Origin: Lactococcus sp.
GTDB lineage: Bacteria > Bacillota > Bacilli > Lactobacillales > Streptococcaceae
Direction: 5' to 3'
Length of the DNA: 64,000 nt
Assembly (NCBI GenBank): GCA_047833645.1
Contig: CP181259.1
Location: 1,496,586-1,560,585 of the forward strand
Each line of letters begins with the position of its first letter. Position 1 is the stretch's first letter. A model generated the notes under the pieces. The model was given only the letters and a program-made list of their open reading frames with translations, was not told the origin of the DNA and did not search any database. Below, one piece after another: positions 55,550 to 64,000 of this stretch. The position numbers and the translations under genes were made by a program.

Positions 55550-55855
55550 ATGTTTGTCAAAACAGGTGATACTGTCAAAGTCATCGCGGGCAAAAGCCGC
55601 GGTTTGACTGGTAAAGTGATTAAAGCTTTGCCAAAAGCTAACAAAGTCGTTGTTGAAGGTGCTAACATGATCAAAAAACACCAAAAACCAAACAACGAAA
55701 ATCCAAACGGTGCGATTCTTGAATTAGAAGCGCCTATCCATGTGTCAAACGTACAAGTACTTGACAAAAATGGTGTAGCTGGCCGTGTTGGTTATAAAGT
55801 TGAAGGCGACAAAAAAGTGCGTTACAACAAAAAATCTGGCGAAATCCTAGATTAA
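55550..55855 (+). CDS. rplX: 50S ribosomal protein L24
   Basis: [10 protein letters not shown]; EAPIHVSNV. Confidence 0.98.
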   Translation: MFVKTGDTVKVIAGKSRGLTGKVIKALPKANKVVVEGANMIKKHQKPNNENPNGAILELEAPIHVSNVQVLDKNGVAGRVGYKVEGDKKVRYNKKSGEILD

Positions 55856-55877
55856 TAGACACGGAAAGGAGAATATA

Positions 55878-56420
55878 ATGACTAATCGTTTGAAAGAAAA
55901 ATACACTAACGAAGTAATCCCAGCGTTGACTGAAAAATTCAACTACACATCTGTTATGGCTGTGCCAAAAGTTGACAAAATCGTCCTCAACATGGGTGTT
56001 GGTGATGCAGTAAACAACTCAAAAAACCTTGATAAAGCAGTTGCTGAATTGGCTTTAATCTCTGGTCAAAAACCATTGATCACAAAAGCTAAGAAATCAA
56101 TCGCTGGTTTCCGTTTGCGTGAAGGCGTTGCGATCGGAGCGAAAGTAACACTCCGTGGCGAACGTATGTACGAATTTCTTGATAAATTGGTATCTGTCTC
56201 TCTTCCACGTGTCCGTGACTTCCATGGTGTCTCAAACAAAGCGTTTGATGGCCGCGGTAACTACACGCTAGGTGTGAAAGAACAGCTCATCTTCCCAGAA
56301 ATTACGTATGATAACGTAGATAAAGTCCGTGGTTTGGACGTTGTTATCGTAACAACAGCTAACACTGACGAAGAATCACGTGAATTGCTTGCTAAACTTG
56401 GCATGCCTTTCGCTAAATAA
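55878..56420 (+). CDS. rplE: 50S ribosomal protein L5
   Basis: [14 protein letters not shown]; [10 protein letters not shown]. Confidence 0.98.
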   Translation: MTNRLKEKYTNEVIPALTEKFNYTSVMAVPKVDKIVLNMGVGDAVNNSKNLDKAVAELALISGQKPLITKAKKSIAGFRLREGVAIGAKVTLRGERMYEFLDKLVSVSLPRVRDFHGVSNKAFDGRGNYTLGVKEQLIFPEITYDNVDKVRGLDVVIVTTANTDEESRELLAKLGMPFAK

Positions 56421-56437
56421 TATAGGAGGTAAATATC

Positions 56438-56623
56438 TTGGCTAAAAAATCAATGATTGCAAAGAACAAGCGCCCAGCGAAGTTCACAACGCAAGCGTAC
56501 ACACGTTGCGAAAAATGTGGTCGTCCACATTCAGTATACCGTAAATTCCAACTTTGCCGTATTTGCTTCCGTGAATTGGCATATAAAGGGCAAATCCCAG
56601 GCGTTAAAAAAGCATCTTGGTAA
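56438..56623 (+). CDS. rpsN: 30S ribosomal protein S14, zinc-binding type Z
   Basis: [23 protein letters not shown]. Confidence 0.97.
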   Translation: MAKKSMIAKNKRPAKFTTQAYTRCEKCGRPHSVYRKFQLCRICFRELAYKGQIPGVKKASW

Positions 56624-56878
56624 TTTTTGACGCTGTCTGCTTCGTTGGTGTTCAGCTCACAACCGCAAGGTTGCGTCGTTTCCACCGCCTCGCAGACAAC
56701 GCCAAAAACTTTTACTTAGCATTTGCTTTGTAAAGACCTTGCTTTTTGAATGATGGGCTTAGGCTACCTAAGTTGCTGAATTCTGGAATTTATAAATCTG
56801 CTAGTTTTGTTGCTAGTGGAGTCGTTAATGAACAAGTGATGCTTACATCAAACTATTCATAATAGGAGAAAAATTAAA

Positions 56879-57277
56879 ATGGTAATGACAGATCCAATCG
56901 CAGATTTCCTCACTCGTATTCGTAACGCTAACATGCGTAAATTCGAAGTCGTTGAAGCACCTGCATCAAAAATCAAACGCGATATCGCAAACATCCTCAA
57001 AACTGAAGGTTACGTTAAAGACGTAGAATTCATTGAAGATGACAAACAAGGGATCATCCGTGTTTTCCTTAAATACGGTAAAGATGGCGAAAAAGTTATC
57101 ACTAACTTGAAACGTATCTCTAAACCTGGTTTGCGTGTTTACGTGAAATCTGGTGAAGTTCCTAAAGTCCTTAATGGTCTTGGTACTGCTGTGATTTCAA
57201 CATCTGAAGGTGTTGTGACTGATAAAACAGCTCGCGCTAAAAACATCGGTGGAGAAGTTCTCGCTTACGTTTGGTAA
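56879..57277 (+). CDS. rpsH: 30S ribosomal protein S8
   Basis: [15 protein letters not shown]; [10 protein letters not shown]. Confidence 0.98.
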   Translation: MVMTDPIADFLTRIRNANMRKFEVVEAPASKIKRDIANILKTEGYVKDVEFIEDDKQGIIRVFLKYGKDGEKVITNLKRISKPGLRVYVKSGEVPKVLNGLGTAVISTSEGVVTDKTARAKNIGGEVLAYVW

Positions 57278-57397
57278 GAATTGGCTTTCAATTCTATCTG
57301 CAACTGGAAACTCGCTAGATTCTCTGGCGAAACCCGTGAAAACAGTTAAGCAATGGTGTGAGCCATTGCTTAACTGACAATTTAACAGGAGACAAAC

Positions 57398-57934
57398 ATG
57401 TCACGTATTGGTAATAAAATTATTACTATCCCTGCTGGCGTTGAGGTTAAACTTGACGGCAATACAGCGACAGTAAAAGGACCGAAAGGCGAGTTAACTC
57501 GTACTTTCTCTAAAAACATCGAGATCAAAATCGAAGGTACTGAAATTACTTTGCATCGTCCAAACGATTCAAAAGAAATGAAAACTATCCATGGCACAAC
57601 GCGTGCAAACCTTAACAACATGGTAGTTGGTGTATCTGAAGGCTTCAAAAAAGAACTTGAAATGCGCGGGGTTGGTTACCGTGCTCAACTTGCTGGCAAT
57701 AAATTAACCTTGTCAGTAGGTAAATCTCACCCAGATGAAGTTGTTGCACCTGACGGCATCACTTTCGAAGTACCATCAAACACGCAAATTAACGTGTCTG
57801 GTTCTAACAAAGAAGTTGTCGGCGAAGTTGCAGCCTACATCCGTGGTTTACGCCCACCTGAGCCATATAAAGGCAAAGGGATTCGTTACGTTGGCGAATT
57901 TGTACGACGTAAAGAAGGTAAAACAGGTAAATAA
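57398..57934 (+). CDS. rplF: 50S ribosomal protein L6
   Basis: MSRIGNK; [13 protein letters not shown]. Confidence 0.98.
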   Translation: MSRIGNKIITIPAGVEVKLDGNTATVKGPKGELTRTFSKNIEIKIEGTEITLHRPNDSKEMKTIHGTTRANLNNMVVGVSEGFKKELEMRGVGYRAQLAGNKLTLSVGKSHPDEVVAPDGITFEVPSNTQINVSGSNKEVVGEVAAYIRGLRPPEPYKGKGIRYVGEFVRRKEGKTGK

Positions 57935-58131
57935 GCAATTTTCAAGTTTTGTAGTTTTTGGCCTCTGGTTAATCTTGCGTTCAGCGGGTGAGCTCGGAGT
58001 TATTGACTGCATGTTGATACTGCTTACTGTTTTGAGTAAAACAACCAACAATAACCTTTTGGAGAGAATTTGGCTGCGCAAAGCGGCTTGATAGCTACTA
58101 AGAGGGACTAGAAAAATAAGAGGTAAATATT

Positions 58132-58479
58132 GTGATTTCTAAACCAGATAAAAATAAAACGCGTCAAAAACGCCATCGTCGCGTACGCGGTAAAATCTCT
58201 GGTACTGCAGAGCGCCCACGTTTGAATGTTTTTCGTTCTAACACAAACATCTATGCACAAGTAATTGATGACATAGCAGGTGTAACGCTCGCAAGTGCCT
58301 CATCGTTGAAAGAAAACGGTACTAAATCTGAACAAGCTACAGCAGTTGGTACTGCAGTCGCTAAAGCAGCAGTAGCTGCTGGTGTTTCAGAAGTAATCTT
58401 CGACCGTGGTGGATACCTTTACCATGGACGTGTGCAAGCACTCGCTGAGGCTGCACGTGAAAATGGACTTAAATTCTAA
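58132..58479 (+). CDS. rplR: 50S ribosomal protein L18
   Basis: [10 protein letters not shown]; [12 protein letters not shown]. Confidence 0.98.
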   Translation: MISKPDKNKTRQKRHRRVRGKISGTAERPRLNVFRSNTNIYAQVIDDIAGVTLASASSLKENGTKSEQATAVGTAVAKAAVAAGVSEVIFDRGGYLYHGRVQALAEAARENGLKF

Positions 58480-58499
58480 GGAAAGGGGTAGACACTAAA

Positions 58500-58994
58500 A
58501 TGGCTAGAAACGAAGAAGTAAAAGAATTCGAAGAACGCGTTGTTGGTATCAACCGTGTTACTAAAGTTGTAAAAGGCGGACGTCGTCTGCGTTTTGCAGC
58601 GCTTGTTGTAGTTGGTGACCGTAACGGTCGCGTTGGATTTGGGACTGGTAAAGCTCAAGAAGTACCAGAAGCTATCCGTAAAGCTATCGAGTCAGCTAAG
58701 AAAAACATGATCACAGTACCAATGGTTGGTACAACTGTACCGCATCAAGTTCTTGGTGAATTTGGCGGCGGTAAGATCTTGATCAAACCTGCTGTCGAAG
58801 GGGCTGGCGTCGCAGCCGGTGGTGCTGTACGTGCCGTCCTCGAACTTGCTGGTGTGGCTGATGTCACATCAAAATCACTTGGTTCAAACACACCAATCAA
58901 CGTTGTTCGCGCAACTGTTGATGGTTTGAAACAACTTAAACGTGCTGAAGATGTTGCCGCATTGCGTGGCGTATCTGTAGCAGACTTAGCGTAA
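58500..58994 (+). CDS. rpsE: 30S ribosomal protein S5
   Basis: [16 protein letters not shown]. Confidence 0.98.
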   Translation: MARNEEVKEFEERVVGINRVTKVVKGGRRLRFAALVVVGDRNGRVGFGTGKAQEVPEAIRKAIESAKKNMITVPMVGTTVPHQVLGEFGGGKILIKPAVEGAGVAAGGAVRAVLELAGVADVTSKSLGSNTPINVVRATVDGLKQLKRAEDVAALRGVSVADLA

Positions 58995-59004
58995 GGAGGA
59001 TATC

Positions 59005-59184
59005 ATGGCTCAAATTAAAATTACTTTGACTAAGTCTCCAATTGGCCGCTTGCCTGCACAACGCGCAACTGTTAAAGCGCTTGGCCTTGGCAGATTGTCA
59101 AGCTCAGTCATCAAAGAAGAATCACCTGCTATCAACGGTATGGTCACTAAGATCGCGCATTTGGTAACAGTTGAAAAAGTTTAA
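59005..59184 (+). CDS. rpmD: 50S ribosomal protein L30 (not in the ORF track)
   Basis: [15 protein letters not shown]...TVKALGL...[15 protein letters not shown], translated by hand. Confidence 0.96.
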   Translation: MAQIKITLTKSPIGRLPAQRATVKALGLGRLSSSVIKEESPAINGMVTKIAHLVTVEKV

Positions 59185-59304
59185 TAGGCTAACTATTAAT
59201 CAAAAATAAAGCGAGCCTGACACTTCCGCGATTTCCCGCGAAAGTATCTTGGCGTTTAGTAAAGGTTAACTCCCTGTGAGTAACCATAATAGGAGAAATT
59301 TATA

Positions 59305-59754
59305 ATGAAATTAAATGAACTCAAAGCTGCTGAAGGTAGCCGTAAAGTCCGTAATCGTGTTGGTCGTGGTACTTCGTCTGGTAATGGTAAAACATCTGGT
59401 CGTGGTCAAAAAGGTCAAAAATCTCGTTCAGGCGGCGGTGTCCGTCTTGGTTTCGAGGGTGGTCAAACACCTTTGTTCCGTCGTATGCCTAAACGTGGTT
59501 TCTTGAACGTTAACCGTAAAGATTTCGCGATCGTTAACCTTGACACTTTGAACCGTCTTGAAGATGGCGCAACTGTTTCTGCTGAAACACTGGTTGCTGC
59601 TAAAATCATCAAAGATGTGAAATCTGGTGTTAAAGTTCTTGGTAACGGCGAACTCACAGTTAAAAACCTTAAAGTTGACGTAGCTAAAGTTTCTGCATCT
59701 GCAAAAGCTGCTATTGAAGCTAACGGTGGTTCAGTTGTAACTCCTGAAGCCTAA
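59305..59754 (+). CDS. rplO: 50S ribosomal protein L15
   Basis: [21 protein letters not shown]; FEGGQTPL. Confidence 0.98.
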   Translation: MKLNELKAAEGSRKVRNRVGRGTSSGNGKTSGRGQKGQKSRSGGGVRLGFEGGQTPLFRRMPKRGFLNVNRKDFAIVNLDTLNRLEDGATVSAETLVAAKIIKDVKSGVKVLGNGELTVKNLKVDVAKVSASAKAAIEANGGSVVTPEA

Positions 59755-59912
59755 AAACAGTCATTAGTCTGACGGGATTTTCCCATCAGACTTTTGATGA
59801 TTTTAGTCAGTCATTTGAATTTTAGCTTTAATTATAGTATAGTTAAAGAGATGAAACTTTCTTCAAAATATTATGAGATAAAGCTGATTTAAAATCAGAA
59901 TAAAGGGGTTCT

Positions 59913-61223
59913 ATGTTTTTTAAACTCTTATTTCAAGCGTTCAAAGTTAAAGAGATTCGAGCAAGAATCTTGTTCACGCTTGGGATTCTATTCGTTTTCC
60001 GCTTAGGGGCACATATCACGGTGCCTGGGATTAACGTTAATAACTTAAATGCCTTGAGCGATCTCCCATTTTTGTCAATGATGAATATGGTATCAGGAAA
60101 TGCGATGCAAAGCTTTTCGGTTTTTGCCATGGGTGTGTCACCGTATATCACGGCTTCCATCATTGTCCAATTATTGCAAATGGATATCCTGCCTAAGTTT
60201 GTCGAATGGGGCAAGCAGGGTGAGATTGGCCGTCGCAAACTGAATCAGGCCACACGTTATATTTCGTTAGTCTTAGCCATGCTCCAATCCGTTGGGATTA
60301 CAGCAGGCTTTCAGGCTATGAGTGCTCAAAATATTGTGACAAATCCGACTTGGCAGACTTATTTGTTTATCGGTGCTATCCTCACCACAGGCTCTATGAT
60401 TGTTGTCTGGCTAGGTGAGCAAATCACCGATCGAGGGTTTGGTCAAGGGGTGTCTGTCATTATCTTTGCGGGGATCATCTCGTCAATTCCTGGTGCCATT
60501 AGCCAAGTTTATCAAGATAAATTTGTTAATGTCCGCTCGGGAGAAATATTCAACTCTAGCATATTTGTCGTGATTCTACTTGTTGCTATGGCAGCTATCG
60601 TATTTATCACAACCTTTGTTCAACAAGCTGAGCGTAAAATTCCAGTCCAATATACGAAACTCGTGCAAGGTGCACCGACAAGTTCATACTTGCCATTGCG
60701 GGTCAATCCTGCTGGGGTTATTCCGGTTATTTTTGCCAGTTCAATTTCTACGGCACCACAAACGATTTTACAGCTCTTGCAACATTCTAATAAGAATATA
60801 GCTTGGGTTGAAAATATCAAAAATGCCTTAGATTATAACACTTGGACAGGGATGCTATTTTACGCCTTGTTGATAGCACTCTTTACGTTCTTCTATGCTT
60901 TTGTTCAGGTAAATCCTGAAAAAATGGCAGAGAATTTACAAAAACAAGGATCGTATATTCCTTCTGTTCGTCCTGGTAAGGGGACAGAAAAATATATCTC
61001 ACGTTTGTTGATTCGTTTGTCAACGGTTGGTGCACTCTTCCTCGGATTAATCTCGATTATTCCGATTGTTGCGACTAACTTGTTTGATCTGCCTAAAATG
61101 GTAGCCCTTGGTGGTACGAGCCTTTTGATCTTGATTTCTACAGCGATTCAAGGTGCGAAACAATTGGAAGGTTACATGTTTAAACGCCAATATAAAGGCT
61201 TTATGGACGATCCAATCAAATGA
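59913..61223 (+). CDS. secY: Preprotein translocase SecY
   Basis: GVSPYITASIIVQLL; LQKQGSYIPSVRPG. Confidence 0.98.
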   Translation: MFFKLLFQAFKVKEIRARILFTLGILFVFRLGAHITVPGINVNNLNALSDLPFLSMMNMVSGNAMQSFSVFAMGVSPYITASIIVQLLQMDILPKFVEWGKQGEIGRRKLNQATRYISLVLAMLQSVGITAGFQAMSAQNIVTNPTWQTYLFIGAILTTGSMIVVWLGEQITDRGFGQGVSVIIFAGIISSIPGAISQVYQDKFVNVRSGEIFNSSIFVVILLVAMAAIVFITTFVQQAERKIPVQYTKLVQGAPTSSYLPLRVNPAGVIPVIFASSISTAPQTILQLLQHSNKNIAWVENIKNALDYNTWTGMLFYALLIALFTFFYAFVQVNPEKMAENLQKQGSYIPSVRPGKGTEKYISRLLIRLSTVGALFLGLISIIPIVATNLFDLPKMVALGGTSLLILISTAIQGAKQLEGYMFKRQYKGFMDDPIK

Positions 61224-61254
61224 TAAAAGACTGGTCGAAAGACCGGTTTTTTTG
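61224..61254 (+). terminator. Intrinsic terminator after secY
   Basis: AAAAGACTGGTC-GAAA-GACCGGTTTTTT. Confidence 0.7.
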
Positions 61255-61330
61255 ATACTCAAAAAGAATGCCTGCTTGATGTTGTCAAAAGGACTTGAAA
61301 ACGCTAAAATAGAAGGGTAGAGAAAAATAG

Positions 61331-61993
<663 letters not shown>

Positions 61994-62036
61994 ACAAACG
62001 TTATATCAGAAGTAAAAATAAATTCGCATCATTAAC

Positions 62037-62082
62037 TTGTAAAAGTCGGACTAGTATGGTATAATATCCTAGTCCGACTTTT
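62037..62082 (+). promoter_or_regulatory. infA promoter nested in a perfect 14-bp inverted repeat
   Basis: TTGTAA (62037)-17 bp-TG.TATAAT (62060); AAAAGTCGGACTAG (62041) / CTAGTCCGACTTTT (62069-62082). Confidence 0.7.
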
Positions 62083-62128
62083 AGATATTTATCAAAAATG
62101 GACAAATTTAAAGAGGAGGTAAGTTGAC

Positions 62129-62347
62129 GTGGCAAAAGATGACGTAATCGAAATTGAAGGCAAAGTGATTGACACGATGCCTAACGCGATGTTCACCGTT
62201 GAACTTGAAAATGGACACAAAATTTTGGCGACTATTTCAGGCAAAATGCGAAAGAATTATATCCGCATCTTAACTGGTGACCGTGTTACTGTTGAGATGT
62301 CGCCGTATGATTTGACCCGTGGACGTATTACATACCGCTTTAAGTAG
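62129..62347 (+). CDS. infA: Translation initiation factor IF-1
   Basis: [11 protein letters not shown]; [15 protein letters not shown]. Confidence 0.98.
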   Translation: MAKDDVIEIEGKVIDTMPNAMFTVELENGHKILATISGKMRKNYIRILTGDRVTVEMSPYDLTRGRITYRFK

Positions 62348-62376
62348 TCCAAACATTTTTATAGGAGGTATATACA

Positions 62377-62493
62377 ATGAAAGTAAGACCATCGGTTAAA
62401 CCAATGTGCGAATACTGTAAAGTAATTCGTCGTAACGGTCGTGTTATGGTAATTTGCCCTGTCAATCCAAAACACAAACAACGTCAGGGATAG
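62377..62493 (+). CDS. rpmJ: 50S ribosomal protein L36 (not in the ORF track)
   Basis: [38 protein letters not shown], translated by hand. Confidence 0.97.
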   Translation: MKVRPSVKPMCEYCKVIRRNGRVMVICPVNPKHKQRQG

Positions 62494-62509
62494 AAAGGAA
62501 ACATAAAGA

Positions 62510-62875
62510 ATGGCTCGTATTGCTGGAGTTGATATTCCAAACGATAAACAAGTAGTAATTTCACTTACTTACGTTTACGGAATCGGTCTCAAAACGTCAC
62601 AAAAAGTTCTTGCCGCCGCAGGCGTTGCAGAAAATATTCGCGTGAAAGATCTTACAACTGACCAAGAAGATGCTATCCGTCGTGAAGTTGATGGACTTAA
62701 AGTTGAAGGCGACCTACGTCGTGAAGTCAACCTTAACATCAAACGCCTCATGGAAATCGGTAGCTATCGTGGCATGCGTCATCGTCGCGGATTGCCTACT
62801 CGTGGTCAAAACACGAAGAACAACGCACGTACACGCAAAGGCCCTGCTAAATCTATCGCAGGCAAGAAAAAATAA
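62510..62875 (+). CDS. rpsM: 30S ribosomal protein S13
   Basis: [10 protein letters not shown]; [14 protein letters not shown]. Confidence 0.98.
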   Translation: MARIAGVDIPNDKQVVISLTYVYGIGLKTSQKVLAAAGVAENIRVKDLTTDQEDAIRREVDGLKVEGDLRREVNLNIKRLMEIGSYRGMRHRRGLPTRGQNTKNNARTRKGPAKSIAGKKK

Positions 62876-62890
62876 GAAAGGAGATAAACA

Positions 62891-63274
62891 TTGGCTAAAC
62901 CTACTCGTAAACGTCGTGTGAAGAAAAATATCGAATCTGGTGTTGTCCACATTCATGCAACTTTCAATAACACAATCGTGATGATTACAGACGTTCATGG
63001 TAACGCGCTTGCTTGGTCATCTGCTGGTGCTCTTGGCTTCAAAGGATCTAAAAAATCGACTCCTTTCGCTGCTCAAATGGCATCTGAAGCTGCTGCTAAG
63101 TCTGCTCAAGAACATGGTTTGAAAACTGTAGCCGTTACTGTTAAAGGTCCTGGACCAGGTCGTGAATCGGCTATCCGCGCTCTTGCAGCTGCTGGTCTTA
63201 ACGTAACAGCAATCAGCGATGTGACGCCTGTACCCCACAATGGTGCACGTCCTCCAAAACGTCGTCGTGTATAA
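62891..63274 (+). CDS. rpsK: 30S ribosomal protein S11
   Basis: HIHATFNNT; [18 protein letters not shown]. Confidence 0.98.
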   Translation: MAKPTRKRRVKKNIESGVVHIHATFNNTIVMITDVHGNALAWSSAGALGFKGSKKSTPFAAQMASEAAAKSAQEHGLKTVAVTVKGPGPGRESAIRALAAAGLNVTAISDVTPVPHNGARPPKRRRV

Positions 63275-63326
63275 TTTCTAGAGTGCTTGTTGCTACTCTA
63301 ACATTTTGCACTGAAAGGATATACAC

Positions 63327-64000
63327 ATGATTGAGTTTGAAAAACCAAAAATTACAAAATTTGATGAAGCTAATACCTATGGCAAGTTTGTCGTAGAACC
63401 GTTAGAACGTGGTTATGGGACAACCCTTGGCAACTCATTGCGTCGTATTCTTCTATCGTCACTTCCTGGTGCTGCTGTCACAAGCATCCAAATTGATGGT
63501 GTTCTCCATGAGTTCACAACGATTCCAGGCGTGCATGAAGATGTGATTCAAGTGATTCTTGCGATTAAAGGGCTTGCGATCAAATCATATGTTGAAACGG
63601 AAAAAATCATTGAACTTGACGTCACAGGTCCTGCAGTTGTTACAGCTGGAGATATCTTGACAGATAGCGATATTGAGATTGTCAACAAAGATCATTATCT
63701 CTTCACACTTGCGGAAGGTCACTCTGTGAACGCTCGTATGACTGTGAAATCTGGTCGTGGTTATGTCTTGGCTGAAGATAATAAACAATCTGATGCACCT
63801 ATCGGGACAATCGCTGTGGATTCATCATACACACCTGTCAACAAAGTAAATTACCAAGTTGAACCAGCTCGTGTGGGTGAAAAAGATAACTTTGACAAAT
63901 TGTCACTTGAAATCTTTACAAACGGCACAATCTCAGCAGAAGATGCCTTGTCATTATCTGCAAAAATCTTGACTGACCATTTGAGTCTCTTTGTTAACTT
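63327..64000 (+). CDS. rpoA: RNA polymerase alpha subunit (5' part; runs off the window)
   Basis: MIEFEKPKI...[25 protein letters not shown], translated by hand; follows rpsK. Confidence 0.97.
   Translation, partial: MIEFEKPKITKFDEANTYGKFVVEPLERGYGTTLGNSLRRILLSSLPGAAVTSIQIDGVLHEFTTIPGVHEDVIQVILAIKGLAIKSYVETEKIIELDVTGPAVVTAGDILTDSDIEIVNKDHYLFTLAEGHSVNARMTVKSGRGYVLAEDNKQSDAPIGTIAVDSSYTPVNKVNYQVEPARVGEKDNFDKLSLEIFTNGTISAEDALSLSAKILTDHLSLFVN

Overview
Chromosomal window from a lactococcus. The ribosomal proteins, the polC-comG adjacency and the pbp2a-rpmG-secE-nusG order point to Lactococcus, probably the L. raffinolactis/piscium clade; this is judged from recalled homology, not a database search. 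1-9.3 kb: two mannose/fructose/sorbose-family PTS clusters. The first has a near-perfect sigma-54 promoter; the second has a GH13 glucosidase and a DeoR regulator. 9.3-13.2 kb: an accessory island at the 3' end of a MATE gene. It encodes an 813-aa surface protein with an internal LPXTG anchor, a second signal peptide, collagen-like and InlB B-type repeats, and a C-terminal DUF6273-like domain whose last 44 codons look like a diversity-generating retroelement (DGR) variable region. Downstream lie a synonymously recoded duplicate of the MATE 3' end and two tandem att-like/ncRNA-like units. 13-31 kb: MATE, Csp, a cellobiose-type PTS/GH1 cluster, an ORF-poor promoter-to-terminator unit with a microsatellite, rlmN, and an AAA_14/DUF4143 gene behind four palindromes phased exactly 40 bp apart. 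31-64 kb: core genome (polC, intact comGA-GG with a ComX box, ispE, dat, adcRCB, pbp2a, secE, nusG, thrC, mscL and the S10-spc-alpha ribosomal cluster, ending in partial rpoA). By eye I found no rRNA, tRNA, CRISPR array, transposase, integrase or reverse transcriptase.
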